The notes under the pieces are model-generated. The model was given only the letters and a program-made list of their open reading frames with translations, was not told where the DNA came from and searched no databases. The position numbers and the translations under genes were made by a program. This document shows positions 11,877 to 25,035 of a stretch of DNA of 44,752 bases, piece after piece (the stretch's first letter is position 1; each line of letters opens with the position of its first letter). The stretch is from Parasteatoda tepidariorum (taxonomy: Eukaryota): positions 2,460,096-2,504,847 of the forward strand of contig NC_092214.1 in the NCBI RefSeq assembly GCF_043381705.1, in the 5' to 3' direction.

Positions 11877-14800
11877 GCAAGCCCTTGGTCTGAATGAAAC
11901 TTTTACAGCATCAAGTGAAATGTTTTTATTTGGATTGAGATAATGCTACTATCTTTCTTCAACATATTCATGAAAACCTTAACTTTTACTTCAATTTTTA
12001 ATCATCTGTACATTTGGTAGATGGCTTCAACCCCAAATAAAATTTTAGAGCCTACATCTTGTGCCCATTTCAAAAGATTGATCTTTTCAACTTTAGATCC
12101 ATCTTGAATCTGCTATTCAGTAAGGACACCAAGAAAAATTTCCAAATTATACACAAACCCAGTTTCTGTAAGTCTTGTTTTAATCCTGAAAATTTTGCTT
12201 GCTTTGCCGAATTTCAGAGTATGTCTTCCGAAGCATTAGAAAAAAGTTTGTGCCTTGTAGCATAATTTTTCCAAATAGCTGACACAGCTTGTAGATATAA
12301 AACTACCCATCTAACAAATGCTTAATGTTCTTCTAATGAAAAATATTTGCAATATGCAATTTATGCTCTTTTGCCTATTCCTTGAGCTCTCTCTTGTTAT
12401 TCAATGAAGTACTGTATACAGTGTAGTTCATGAAAAAATATTTTTTGAGCTATGCTATATCACAAGATTAAGGTACTTTTCTAGCAGTTAAGCTGCTACT
12501 CCTGTGTGTTTATCAATCATATTTTATGCTATGTCACTTGCAAAACAAAATAAGTTATTTGATAAATATTCATTGGATCCATGCTTATAAAAGCATTTTC
12601 AAAAGATTTTTAAACTTTCTGCAGATGTTAAACTATGCAGTTAAGGCAAATCCAGAAAAAAATGTTATAAGAACTCTTACCACCATAGCTCTAATACTCA
12701 ACACTCCACTAGAATCTTCACTGAAGTTAAAGGAGTGTAGATCAATTATTTTAGAAGTGGTATGGGTTTTAGTGGAATTCGAAGTAGGGGGACAAATGGA
12801 CAGTTTTTTGAAAAATGTGAGTTCATGTCACCCCACATCTACCCTTACTGCTAACACTGATTCGAACTATTAATAATGAATGCATGTTAAATATGTTATT
12901 GTTCTAAACACAATATTTGTAATTTAGAATTTTATTTAAATCAACTAAAATTTTATCTTGCGGGCAAAGTTCAAACTAAAGCAAATGAAAAGTAATACTT
13001 AACAGCAGTAACATTGTCTATTTTTCAGCTTTTCTATTTATTTAATATCAACCTGTATGATACCGAAACTATAGGTACTTGTAACTGATAATCAGTTGTA
13101 CTGGTATCAGTTTCTAACTAATACTGAAAAAAAAAAAGGTTCTTATCAATCTCTAAGCATGGATTTTCTCATTTGATGAAAGCTTCCAGTCTTTAATTGA
13201 CACTTGATATTAATCTTATTCTACATTTTGGTGAATACAGAAACATATTTGAGAACTGAAAAAGAATTTGTATAATATTAAAAACATTTATAAAGCGGGA
13301 TTTCTTACTTTTATATTGTCTCTAAAAATACTTATCAACAGTTATCAAAATATTTGATATATATAAAAATATCCAATATTATTAAAAATATCATGAAACT
13401 TACATGCACAAATAATAAAAATTGAGTTGGAATAATAGCACATATGTGTAATGTGTAATACAGTGAAACTTTTATCTATTGTTTTTCGTGGGAATGATAA
13501 TTACAGGAAAATAATAAAGTAAAAAACTTGCTTTATGAAGCATGATTTCATGTATGAAAATTAATAAATTTATAATAAGTATAAAAAAAATTTCCATTGA
13601 AAAAAAATAAGCACTAACTGCTAAAATATTTAAAATTCAAAAGATAGATGAATAAGCACATATATTTAAAATTAAAATTTTGATCTGAACTCACTTTTTT
13701 GTTCTGTACACAAGCAATAACTTTTAGCAATTTGTAACATATTGCTGTTGTTGATTTATTTTTTAAAAAATTAGTATGAATACAGAAAGTTTTTTTCGTA
13801 ATACCCAAGGGTTTAAGGCTGTGTGTACAAATCTGGTTCTGGTTTCCTTATCTTTGTTTCCATTAATATTTTCAGTTTCTGCATCCATAATTTCTACCAA
13901 CATCACACTTTAACTTTCAAAAATATGATTTTAGAATATTCTTTATCAAATCTATTCAAATTTACCCCTAAAAGAAAAAAATTTATCGAAAAATACTTTT
14001 CCAAATATTACTTTGCCGAATATTTGGCCAACCGAGTATTCGGCAAAGAAGGCTGAATACTTGTTACATCCCTAATCAAATCAAGGAAAGTTTTGGCAGG
14101 AATATAATTTTGAAATCAACTAAACTACCTGTTTAGATGGTTTCTGAAACTAAAAGATTCCTATCCATCGTAAGGGAATTTTACAAACATATGAGGGGAA
14201 AAAAATGTAAGTAATTTTGTTTTGAGGAGAAAACAGTAACGCCAGATGCTAATGACGAAGAAAGTGAGGATTAATCCCAGTTTGGTGAAAACATCTCAAA
14301 CATAATATTTAAACACATTCGTTAAGTTCTAAAACTTGTTAATGTTCTCAAAGTCAATTGAAAGTGAAATCTGAAATATTGAAACTAGATTACTTTATAG
14401 TGAACCATAAGTTTTGTAATTTTTTTTTCTTTCAATAATATTTAAACAAGTTAATTTTGTCGTTTTTTCAACAATTTATGTTTTAAAAATTGAGAACTTT
14501 TTATTATTTTTTTGTTTCATTGTTGCTTGTTCTTCTGTATTGACTATAACACATCATTTTAACAAAGCGTTTTTAATAGACTTTATTCTTTAATTGTCAC
14601 TTTTTTTGTATGGTAAGACAAACAACGGGTAACATAGAAAACTGTGATTCTCAACTTTAAAGTTATATTTCAGAACTAAGAATTTTTTTTTTCTCTTTCA
14701 TTTTAGCTTTTTTTTATTAACTTTTTCTCAGTATTTTTATTTAGACAACACTTTTTAAAGAGCATATCTAATGAACATTATTCTTTTATGATAATTTTAT

Positions 14801-15086
14801 TCCTGAAAATACAGCAATAAGAAAAAGTTAAATTGAGATTTTTAACGTTTTATTTTTGTTTTGGTTTCTATCTAGCTTTTCCTTTTTCAAGGAAATTCCT
14901 GTTTTTATAGACTTTTTTATTATAGTGTGGTAATTAAGAGGATTTCTATTAGACTTAAAACTTCTTTTTCTTGAAAATACGCCAGTTTGAAAACAGATGT
15001 TGAGCTTTAAAAAAATGAGATCAATTTTTATTTTTCTGTTTTGCTTTTGTATATAATCTTAATTTATATCCATACACATAGTTATG

Positions 15087-15114
15087 CACACACACACACA
15101 CATATATATATATA
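15087..15114. repeat. (CA)8(TA)6 compound microsatellite
   Basis: Direct reading. Confidence 0.9.
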
Positions 15115-17729
15115 GGCATTTTTATCATGGCACTGCATTTTTAAAGGCATTGATGATATACTTAATCTCCTTTAATATTTTATGGATAATTATTTTTCGG
15201 AAAATATTGTTTTTAGAATTAAAAGTTTTGTTTTCAGAATTAAGAGGATATTTTTTTTCTATTTCTCTTTTTTACAACTTCAAATTTTTTTTCCGTATGG
15301 CTGTTAGTCAGCTTTTTTTATTCATCTTGAATATTTCTTTATATGGAATATTATCTTAAAATCTAAATTAGCTTTATTATCTTAAACCTTTCTAATAAAG
15401 TTTTTTTCCCTTTGCTCCATACTAAAAATACAGCTAAGTTTTGATTATTTTTTAATAACGACCGACTAAACTTATTTATATATAAAAAATATCAGGGTGC
15501 AAAGCCAAATTTTTCAACAAAAAATAAGCACTCAAATATATTTAAGCACTTAAAAAAATCATAGTTAAGATGTACACACTAATAAAAATGTCTTTCTTTT
15601 TATTGTTAAACCTTCTTCATAAATACTTAAGCAAAATGCAAACTAGTTTTCAAAGAACTTCACATAATCATGATAAAATAACTTCTAACAACTCTTTTTC
15701 TGGATTATATTGGCCACCATCGAAACAGTTGATACACAATTTTAAAAATATTCAATATTGAGTGGCTCATTTTATTTTTGATATATATTTATTAAATGAT
15801 ATATATTTATTAACTATTATTTAAAAAGGTTATAGAATGTATTTTTTAGATTTAAATAAAAGATAAATATTATTAATATAGATTAATATTATTGATCATA
15901 CCAAATTTATGAAGTTAAGTAAAGAACTAAGAAAACTTTAATAAATTCATATTGCAAATGTAAATTAGTGAATGTCTCCTAATAAATTCTTATATTTAGT
16001 ATTTCTTTAGTGGAATGACTAAAAAAAAAATTTTTTTTTTGAAATGTAAATACAATAAGTATTGAAACTGAATATTTTTGACAGAAATAAATTATTATAT
16101 GATCCCAACACAAATAATATTTAACAAATATGAGATAATTTAGTTTTTTATTTCAATTTTTTTAAAAATCAAATCATTAAGTGATGAATTAAAGTTTTTT
16201 GGAATGACAAATCTGAATAGCATGCTGCGTTTAAAATATTGAAAGCCCCTCTCTTCATACTTTTTTCAAAATCTTGTCTCTTAATATTATTAAATTTTTT
16301 CATAAAACAAATTAGGTATACTGAAAATTTTCAAAGTAAAAATACAATAATAAAAAGTTTTAATTTAAAAAAAGTACAATGTAGGTTTAAGAAATTATGC
16401 AATTAGTAGTCTGTCCCTCAGGAAAAATATCTTGCGTATGAAATTCTCAATTAATTCTTATGTTTATTAAATTAATTGAATAAAAAGACATGGAAATTTT
16501 GAGATGACGAAGCTTTGTGATTCTTGACAGCTCTGGGGAGGACCCACATGAAAATACGTAATTAGTAAGTGATCCCCAAGTCAAATTTAAAGATTTGAGT
16601 ATTGCTCTATAAATAAAATATCGAGAGAAGGCCATTAGCTTGCCAATGATGAAGACGATGACACTTCACCAACAATGACATTAACAAGAGAAATAAAATT
16701 TTCTTTTGCTATTAGGGAAAAAAAATTGGCAATATTTAGTCTGTCCCTGCAATTAGTGAAAATTTGAGAGATTTTTGAAAACGCAGCCGAGTTCCACATG
16801 AGAGTGTGAGAATTCTCCCCACTGAATCTAGTTCTGTATATACACATGCAGGCCTGCAGGTATTTCATCAAACATGTAATATGATTAATGCTTTCATATG
16901 CTATGGACCGACAATACGCTGAAATGGGTTAGGGTTGAATTAGTGAAAACTTTGAATAGAGAAATGTCTTGTAGTATAATTCAAGGCAAAAATCAACCTA
17001 AAAAAATCTCATATTGGGAAAGGGAAAATTATACACTTTTTAAAAATACTCAATAAAAAAAAGCACCTTAAAGGGCTTTTAAAAAGCAGGAAAAAAAGAA
17101 AAAAACCTTAAAGCACATTTTAAAAATCCTATACACCCATATTTATTAGTTATTTTTTTAAAAAAAAATTTGCTATTTGGCTGAATATTCAGTATGCGGT
17201 CGATATTTTTGACCAAATCACTATTCGTTACATCCCTAGTTTGGATGTTACTTTTAAAACCACAAATACTGAGAATTATGATTAGAAATGTGAATGTAAA
17301 GAATTTTAAACCATAACCGCTCTTAAATAAAGAGCATTAAAGAATAACCTTTTTAATAATTTGTATGTTCAATTGAATAAATTTTTTTTCATAGTATAAG
17401 ACAAATTAATTCACCCAAGTTATAAAATCTTGGGTATTTTACTTCTAATATCTATGGTTAACTTGTATTTTGCAATATTTCATTATTTAAAATTTTTTGA
17501 TATCACTATTCTTTGACTTCAACCCTATTGCCTTTTTAGTGTATAATAAATAATTTAAGGTAAAAATTTCCATTCTATTAATTTTTGACTGAAGAAATAA
17601 ATTTTACTTTAATTTTGCATTGGTACTTAAGATATATCTAATAATTTTTTGTACCATCCATGATTTCTTCTAAATTTTTTGTTCTAATCATGCCTGTTTT
17701 ATAGAGCAAAGTAGTTCATGGTATTCAAT

Positions 17730-17845
17730 ATGGAAGGAAGCATACTGGAAAATGCCTATCTCGGTCTTACTCCTCTAACTTCAACTGTGAATGAGTTTCT
17801 TCTTCAGTCTAGTGTAATTGAACCGGATGAATCTTTACTCAAGAG
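17730..17845 (+). CDS. Candidate exon 1 (coding part) of a small host gene
   Basis: ATG at 17730 with A at -3. The open frame reads MEGSILENAYLGLTPLTSTVNEFLLQSSVIEPDESLLK(R). It is preceded by a pyrimidine-rich acceptor ..CCTGTTTTATAG| at 17703 and followed by the donor AAGAG|GTAGAT. An in-frame stop sits at 17712-17714. The region is GC-richer than its flanks. Confidence 0.35.
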
Positions 17846-19188
17846 GTAGATTTTCTTTTATAATTATTAATTATATTTTGAATTTTAGTTATTAAATTTT
17901 AATTGTTCTTAACTTTTCAAAATGATTTGAATGTTTGGATATTTTTTATTATATTCTACTGGACTTTACCATTTTCTTATTTTCAACTTCAAAATATTAG
18001 TTTAATAAAAAAATGAATTTATTCTAAATCTCATAAATTATCAACGATTGTTGCGACTTGTTGCCAAAAAATATGCTTCTAGAACTGATATGTTATCACT
18101 CTGCAGCTATTTTTTAATGATTTTTTTCATATCCCGAATCAGCGATAATAGCTGATAATGTGGTGTTTGAATTGGATGTGTTATAACAGAGAAGAAAAAC
18201 ATGATGTAATAATAAATAGGTTGAGAGGTGGTAAATATCAATGTGAGATTATATTATAAGTAATGTAATGATGAAGAAAGTTGGAGGAGAAAAATTGTTA
18301 AAACAAATATGGATTAAATAGTGGTGGTTATTTTTAAAGTTGTATTTTCCTTGGTGTTAAGACATTTTGATTTTTTAAGGTTAATTAAGGCATTTTTTTT
18401 TATACAGGGGCTAATATCTTTGTTGACAGTGTGCATTTGATCATATTATATTTATGGAAATAGAATGTGAATTGCAATTTTTTACATTTAAGGTTAATGT
18501 GAATAATGTTGAAACCAAGCTCAGAAACAAATTTTGGTTGATTATTTTTTAAATATCATTTGCTTGAAGACAAATATTTATACTATATACATTTCTGAGC
18601 TTGAATAGCTTAGCAAAAGCAATTATCAGTATTAATTATTAAGCATAACAGCTTAACAAATTGCATCCGAATTTGCTACTATCATATTTTGCATTAATTA
18701 TTAACAATTGATCCTAATTAAGAACAAGCAACTTCTATTCCAATTATAGACAAGTAGCTATTTTAATATTAAAAGAGTAAATCAAAAGAGGCCTAGGCAG
18801 AATGCCGTAAACTCCCAACATGGCCCTTTTAGCCACACAAATTATCTTTAAACATAAATCATTTAAAACATTAATCTTCAATTCTAATAAACATTCGACA
18901 CACATCTTGGAAAAAAAACTTCTAGAAACATGAACAAATTAATACTAATGAAAATTCAATCAATATCAATATTTAAATATGAATTTTTTCCCCAAATTCT
19001 TTCATAACAGAAACCAAGTAGTAAAAATGTAGAATATATATGCTATATGAAGTTTAAATAAATACAATAACATTTATAATAAAAATGAAATTAAGAAAAT
19101 ATTCATTCAGGAAGAACAAGAACTTTAATACATACAATTTTTTATTCATAACATATTTTTTTCTCATTATTCAGTATTAACTGGTAAT

Positions 19189-19261
19189 ATGCATATTTTT
19201 AATATAGCCCTTTTAAAAGTTCAATATGCGTATTTTTAATATAGCCCTTTTAAAAGTTCCA
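19189..19261. repeat. 38-bp tandem duplication (GC[A/G]TATTTTTAATATAGCCCTTTTAAAAGTTC) in the LINE 3' region
   Basis: Direct reading. Confidence 0.7.
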
Positions 19262-19360
19262 TGGGCTGTTTGCACATTTGCTATTTCAGCACAATTATTA
19301 CTAATATGAACTACATTTAAATTCTTTCTAATATCCATTTACGCTTAAAAAATAATTTTC

Positions 19361-21804
19361 TCACAGAATCACCATCATACCAGGTTTAATAATGTCCCAT
19401 ATTACTTTGGTACAACCTTGACAAAGAGGATCAGATACAACACCCATTATGTACAGGTGTCTCCTGAGGATGCAGTGTCCAGTGAGGAGACCAATGTTCC
19501 TCAAACTGTTCCTGTTTAGCTTAAGAAGCTCTTTATGACGCACACTTTGACAGTTATGATTCAGCTCTTTAGCCTGTCTCTTACAATCCGAGTTGCACCA
19601 TTGCTCCTGGGTAATTTTGCCATAGAGCTTGAAAATAGATGCCATGAACGATGTGAGTGAGATTCCCAAAGTTGGTTCAGGTCCCCAGAAAATCACACTG
19701 GAGATGGCTTGTGTTGCTTCTTCAGCCAGCTCATTTCGAAAAATATCCTATATGTCCAGATACCCAATGTAGGTATATTTTGTTACGAGTAGAAAGGTCA
19801 CAAAGAACTCAGAAGCATTCCCACACTAGTGAAGAAGTGAATTTACACTTTGATAAGAGAGCAGCCTGACTGTCAGAACAGATTTGGATAGGTATATTTA
19901 GATAATCCCTGTTTAAGCATATCCTGCAGCTCAAGATAATAGCTTTGACCTCAGCCTGAAAAGCAGTGGCTTAACTACCTAGAGGAAAGTAGAGTATGGT
20001 ACCATCATTGGAGCAGTAAATTCCTGCCCCTGCTTTAAGACCAAGCCTTGATACATCAGTGTCCCATACCAGACACTTGCCTTCAAGCCATCGAGAAGAT
20101 TTAGTCCATTCATGTCTAGTAGGAAAATGGATCTTGAAGGGCTTATGAAAAGCCTTTCAAGACTATGCAAGACTTACTAGGCATGATAAAAGAAAAAATA
20201 TCTGACACCTGCAAAACAAGATGACCCCTTGACAAATGCTTGGAATATTCCTTCCATAAGCCGAGGTACATAAGATGTTTAATACCTGTCTGAGCTTCAG
20301 CTTCAATTCAATGGGAGAAGCCCAAGTAAGCTCTCAAGAGCAGCTGCAGGAGTGGTCCTGAGACAGCCTGACAAGGCTACACAGACCTTTCTTTGCAGTC
20401 TGTTAAGACTTGACCTGATGGAGCTGATCCTAATCCTAGACCACCAGACAATAGCGCCATGTTTGTCAATGGGGTTAATAATCATTGAGTACATCCTGTA
20501 AACTGAGCTATCTTGGGGCATAACCCCCAGGTTCTACCAATAGCATTTCTGCAAGACCAGGATATCATCTTGGCCCTGTGGATACAGTATTCTAGATGAG
20601 AACCCCAGTTATGTTTGGAGTCTTTAAAATCACCAAGAAATTTGACTTTCACAGTTAGTTCTAACCTATAATCTAGGTAATACACATCACCTAGATTAAG
20701 AAGCCTTTTCCTGGTGAAGGCCACAAGACTTATCTTGGAATTTTTAACAGATAAGCCAGATTCAAAGCATTATCTAGCTACTTCTGGAAGTGCACTATTC
20801 ATGATTTCAAATACTGTTTTACCATAATTGCCTCTGACAACAATATCACCATCATCAGCATACCCAACACAGGGAAGGCCAAGATTGGCTAGCCAAACTA
20901 GCAGAGTCCATAACCATACACCTTAATGATGGGTGACGAAGCCCCTCCTTGAGGGCAGCCTAAAGTAGCATGAACTCTCATGCTTGTGCCCAGTAAAGAG
21001 GAACAAACATACCTGGAGGACAACTGATTAGCTATCCACCTGGTGATATCCAGATTGATACCTCTGGTTTTAAGTGCATTGATGATAGTCTCAACAGGGA
21101 CTTTGTCAAAAACATCTTCAATATCAAAAAAATACCGCCAGAGCAATCTCTTCATCTGAGAGTGCTTTCTCAAGCATGAAGGAGAACTCATATAAAGCAG
21201 AGTCTATTGATAGCAGAGAGCCAGGTTGATAAGCATAGCATACTGTGAGGAGAACAGTGGCTTATCAACGAGTACAGAGTCTCTAAAATATCTGCCAATA
21301 AGTTTTTCTATGGCTTTCAACAGTTATGAAGTGAGGCAAGACAGACAAGAGGTGAGGCTGATTGGTCTAAATGATTTAGCCTCAAAGTAATTTTCCTTAC
21401 TTGGTTTTGGGAAGAAAATTACCCTGGTATTCCTCCAAGAATGAGGTTTATACCCAAAGGCTATACAGGTTCAAAAGATCCTACATAGAATAGAGTATAG
21501 TATGTCAATCTCCTTAGTAAGCATTACAAGTATGATATCATCCATACCTGGTGACTTATAGGGCTTAAATATTTAATAGAGCATATTACTTTTCGTAGGA
21601 GATCACCATCTTGGGGGCCTCCCAGTCATTTTCACTGTAAGTAGCTGTAGGACTTTTGAAAACATAGTCATTCTCTACAGGATGAAATCCAGGGAAGTGA
21701 GCTTCAAATAATTCACCAAGAGCCTCTTCGTCTGACTCACTATATTTTCCGTTTGTAAGATTGATAGCTGTCGGAGCAGCACAACAGATTTTTGTACTCA
21801 ACAC
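19361..21804 (-). pseudogene. LINE ORF2 (RT and C-terminal zinc-finger region), fragmented
   Basis: As above. ORF-track segments 21586..21804, 20898..21191, 20482..20724, 20303..20521, 19979..20170 and 19361..19696 all belong to one decayed ORF2. Confidence 0.7.
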
Positions 21805-21822
21805 GACAGATTTTTGTACTCA
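21783..21822. repeat. 17-bp tandem duplication (ACAGATTTTTGTACTCA twice) at the junction between the two LINE fragments
   Basis: Direct reading of acaacagatttttgtactcaacacgacagatttttgtactcag. Confidence 0.7.
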
Positions 21823-22350
21823 GAAACATAATTGAACAAAGTCTGGAAATGAATTCTTCCTTATACTTAACTTTTATTGATTTCAGTAAGGCATTTGACT
21901 TCCTGCTAGGTGTTTTCTGAATTTCATTTTAGCCATAAGGTTTTCTTGTTAATCCTGATTTAGGGTTTTGGTTCAATAGACCTCTGGTCGATGTGACCTG
22001 CTTTTTGGAGCTGCCCAACCTCTGAGTCTAAGACATTTGACTCTCTCAATAAGGGTATGCTGTGGATGATCTTAAGGAATTATCCCTGAAAAAATTTTAA
22101 ACATCATAAAGAGTATTTTTGACAGCAGTAAAGCCAGTGCAGAAGTTGATGGCACACTGACTAGATCATTTAATGTTCAAAAAGGAGTAAGACAAGGCTG
22201 TGTCCTTGTGGAATTCCTATTTATAATTGTCATCAATTGAATCATGAGGCAAACAATTCAAAATCACATACAATGAAAATTTGACACCACTTTAGAAGAC
22301 CTGGATTTTGCCGATGATATTGTTCTTATATCTAATTTTAATGATCTGAG
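21800..22350 (+). mobile_element. RTE/CR1-like non-LTR reverse transcriptase fragment (plus strand)
   Basis: The plus-strand translation gives ..IIEQSLEMNSSLYLTFIDFSKAFDFL, ..LWMILRNYGIPEKI (the printed GIP is my memory of the consensus; the sequence itself reads LRNYP followed by a stop), ..KASAEVDGTLTRSFNVQKGVRQGCVLVEFLFIIVIN*IMRQ and ..LEDLDFADDIVLISN (the FADD box at 22307..22318). It has one frame disruption and two in-frame TGA codons at positions where Trp is expected. Confidence 0.6.
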
Positions 22351-23052
22351 TATGAAAACACTAAGAGGGACCACCTCCCCATATTGGGCCCTCCTCCCAA
22401 GAGCAACATTCTCCCTGGGTTTCCTACCAAGTTGGGTCAGCACACGGGGGGTCGGGCGTTGCATCTGAAGGCCTCTTAGCTCCATCACTTCTCTTAGCGT
22501 CTTCCACTTTTTCTTCAGTTTCTTTCTCTGTCTCTTAGATAGTCCCGCGGTGCCAGGCATACTGTCCCCTGATTGTCTCTGGCCGAAACTCCAACGGAAG
22601 CAGGACTTGTGCCTTTGGACCTCTCCTTGCCAGCATTACTAGCAATAAGCTGCAAAGCAGCAATATTAGCACTGGGCTCACCCAAAGGCATACCATGTGC
22701 TACTGGAGACTGTAGTTTACTTTTCGAACAAGAAACTCTGCCTGATTCCTGAACGCACCCCTTGTTAACTGGTGCAACAGATAATGCTGTATCATAAGGT
22801 TTAACTTGAAGCATCAATTTAAACTGCCTGCCATTTAGTTAGTCAATGAAGAGTATCCAGGGGGTGCCGGCATTAACCCCTCAAATGTTTTGTAAGAAAT
22901 ATAATTTTTGCTAGATTTATTGTTCCTATTGTTCCATAATGAAAACTTATATTTTGCTTGTTGAAGTGATTTTTTTTAATTAGTCAATATGGTATTTAAA
23001 GTTTTGCTTATCTCTTGCTTTTATAAAATTTCACATTTTTTTTAAATTTCAG

Positions 23053-23114
23053 AATTGTTTTAGAAGCTAATCAGAATGTTTTGACAACTACTAGGAATAT
23101 ATTTTTAGAAGAAG
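23053..23114 (+). CDS. Candidate exon 2
   Basis: Acceptor TTTAAATTTCAG| and donor GAAG|GTTAGT. Phase 2 carried from exon 1 gives (R)IVLEANQNVLTTTRNIFLEE with no stops. The alternative acceptor at 23063 creates a stop. Confidence 0.35.
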
Positions 23115-23509
23115 GTTAGTTTTTCTTTTGTTTTTAATGTTGCATATTATTGAATTCAATTTCAGATAGTTTTTTTTCCTTACGTCTAGATATTTCCTTA
23201 ATATGCGCTACTGCTATAAAATTTTAAAAGTATACTTATTTCTAATATTGAAAATATTTTTTCCACATTAAATAATCTTATTTATCATTTGAAAAAGAGT
23301 ATTGTTTGGTGAACAAGAATCAAAATAATGAGTTAACTGTGTTGATTCTGTTCACTATATAAATTTAATTTCCTAATAATAAACAAGTTCTATAATTATG
23401 TTTAAAAGTCTCGATATTTGCAATTTGTTGTGAAGATTTTAATTTTTCTAGGTTTTATTATTTTTGTCATATTTTGAAAACTGTTGTTTGCTATTTTTGA
23501 CTGGAAATA

Positions 23510-23540
23510 CACTGGTGTAAGAAATTAAGAGAATTTGCAG
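23510..23540. repeat. Tc1-like left TIR
   Basis: About 28 of 31 nt match the reverse complement of 25005..25035. Patchier similarity extends to about 60 bp. Confidence 0.7.
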
Positions 23541-23722
23541 ACTTGGTCGATTATCTCTAGAACTACTGGATCGATTGTAATTAAATTTGATATGTACATA
23601 CATTGATGCAATCCAAAACAAATAACCATTCAACAATTGTAATACACAATTGTGATCGTGCGTAATACTCATTGGAGTCCAAATGCATGAAACAGCGGTT
23701 GCAGAATAAACAAAAAAATGGG

Positions 23723-24761
23723 TTAATAGGGGGTATGGTCTCCTCTTACAGGTATACAGGCTTTGCAGCATGATTTCATACTTGAAATAAGGCAGTTTAT
23801 CATTTCATGTAGCAATTGGTCCCACTCGTTCCGCAAGACTGTTTTCATTCCCTGGATGGTTCTCGGAGGGGGTAACAAGTTGCAATTGCCCTCCCCAGAG
23901 CATCCCAGATATGCTCTATAGGGTTGAGGCCTGGAGATCTTTCTGGCCAATCCATCAAGCGACTATCCTCCCTTTCTAGAAATTCGTTGACCAGGTGAGC
24001 TCTATGTGGCCGTGCATTATCGTCCATTAAAATGAACTCGGCCAACTACACCCCTGAAAAAGCAAACATAGGGCTCCAAGACCTCATCGCTATACCTCAC
24101 ACCAGTCACATATCCTCATTCAAAGACATGGAGAGGTGTGCGGCTATCCAACATGAGACTTGCCCAGAGACTTATCCAACATGAGACTTTTAAATCTGCT
24201 CCGCCATAATGGTCGATGTCGCGGACATTGAAGGGTAGGTAGTGGGTCCCTGGCTCTCTCCATATGAATGTACAGTGAGAATCTGTGTTTAGGCTGAACC
24301 GGGACTGATCAGTGAAGAGAACCGTCGCCCATTGATCCATACTCCAATCTCTATGCACTATGCTGAGTGGACTCTCCTGTTTGTAGAAGTGAGCGTGACG
24401 CTAACAGGAAGTATTCTTGCAAACAACCCTTTCTGATGAAGTCGTTTGAAAACAGTCGCCCTTGATACACGGGCTCCTGTGGCTGCATACAAGTCACAAG
24501 AGAGTTGAGAAACTGCAGCCCTTCTGTTACGCTTTGCTGTAATGGACACATGGCAATCTTCTCTGCTGTAGTGTTTCTTGGTCGATCTTGCTCAGGCTTC
24601 CTTTCCTTGAATCCGTTATCCTGAAACTGTTTCAATAAGTTACACACGATGCTGGGCTTTAAATTGAACTCTCTACAAGTCTGGACCTGAGATTGACCTG
24701 TTTCTAGCCTTCCCACAATTTGCCACCTCAATCCATCATGTAAACGTAGGTGGTTACTCAT
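23723..24761 (-). pseudogene. Tc1-family DD34E-type transposase, split over at least five frames
   Basis: Conserved blocks appear in order on the minus strand. They are the N-terminal HTH (LRWQIVGRLETGQSQ..LLKQFQDNG..RKPEQDRPR), then RNRRA..SQLSCDL..RVSRATVFKRLHQKGLFAR, then HRDWSMDQWATVLFTDQSRFSL...FIWREPG, then FILMDDNARPHRA...MDWPERSPGLNPIEHIWD, and finally C..KACI..RGDHTPY. Each is in a different frame. Confidence 0.8.
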
Positions 24762-25004
24762 TTTTACTGTTACAATATAAATTTAACCTATTGCTGCAAA
24801 ATAATACCAAAAAGTTCGCCAAGGTGTGCTAGCGAATGAAATGCGGCTTAATTTACGCTCACTTATATAGCCTGTTTCTTTACTGGTTACGCCTACACAC
24901 ATGTGTACGATTATGTCTGTACTAAGATGTGCAAGATTTGCATTTTTATCTAGAAGCAGTAGTTTAGCATTCAGTTCAGTTCTTTTCATGAAATTCGATA
25001 AAAT

Positions 25005-25035
25005 ATGCAAATTCTCTTAATTTATTTCACCAGTG
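25005..25035. repeat. Tc1-like right TIR
   Basis: Inverted copy of 23510..23540, followed by TA. Confidence 0.7.

Larger units (their letters stand above)
19130..21804 (-). mobile_element. Jockey/I-like non-LTR retrotransposon, 5'-truncated ORF2 remnant with decayed 3' UTR
   Basis: Minus-strand ORFs carry, in order: HFPGFHP..; the RT blocks FDKVPVETIINALK, GCPQGGASSPII and YADD (about 20840..20851); RTWGLCPK and LRTTPAAALESLLGLLPL; and the C-terminal LLTGHCILRRHLYIMGVVSDPLCQGC Cys-His motif. There are multiple frame changes. The 3' boundary is approximate and no clean poly(A) is seen. Confidence 0.7.
23510..25035 (-). mobile_element. Tc1-like (Tc1/mariner superfamily) DNA transposon, 1526 bp, non-autonomous through decay
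   Basis: The terminal inverted repeats CACTGGTG[T/A]AA[G/T]AAATTAAGAGAATTTGCA sit at both ends. Each is flanked by TA (23508-23509 and 25036-25037). The internal transposase homolog lies on the minus strand. Confidence 0.8.

Noticed and set aside
12820-12875. GATTCGAAC (reverse-complement B-box-like) as a possible tRNA or SINE
   Set aside because: No A box and no acceptor or T-stem pairing could be built. The surrounding sequence does not fold into a cloverleaf.
22264-22817. Treating the two basic minus-strand ORFs as a real gene (for example LINE ORF1)
   Set aside because: They overlap out of frame and have no recognisable motifs. They are kept only as a finding (the unexplained GC-rich block), not as a feature.
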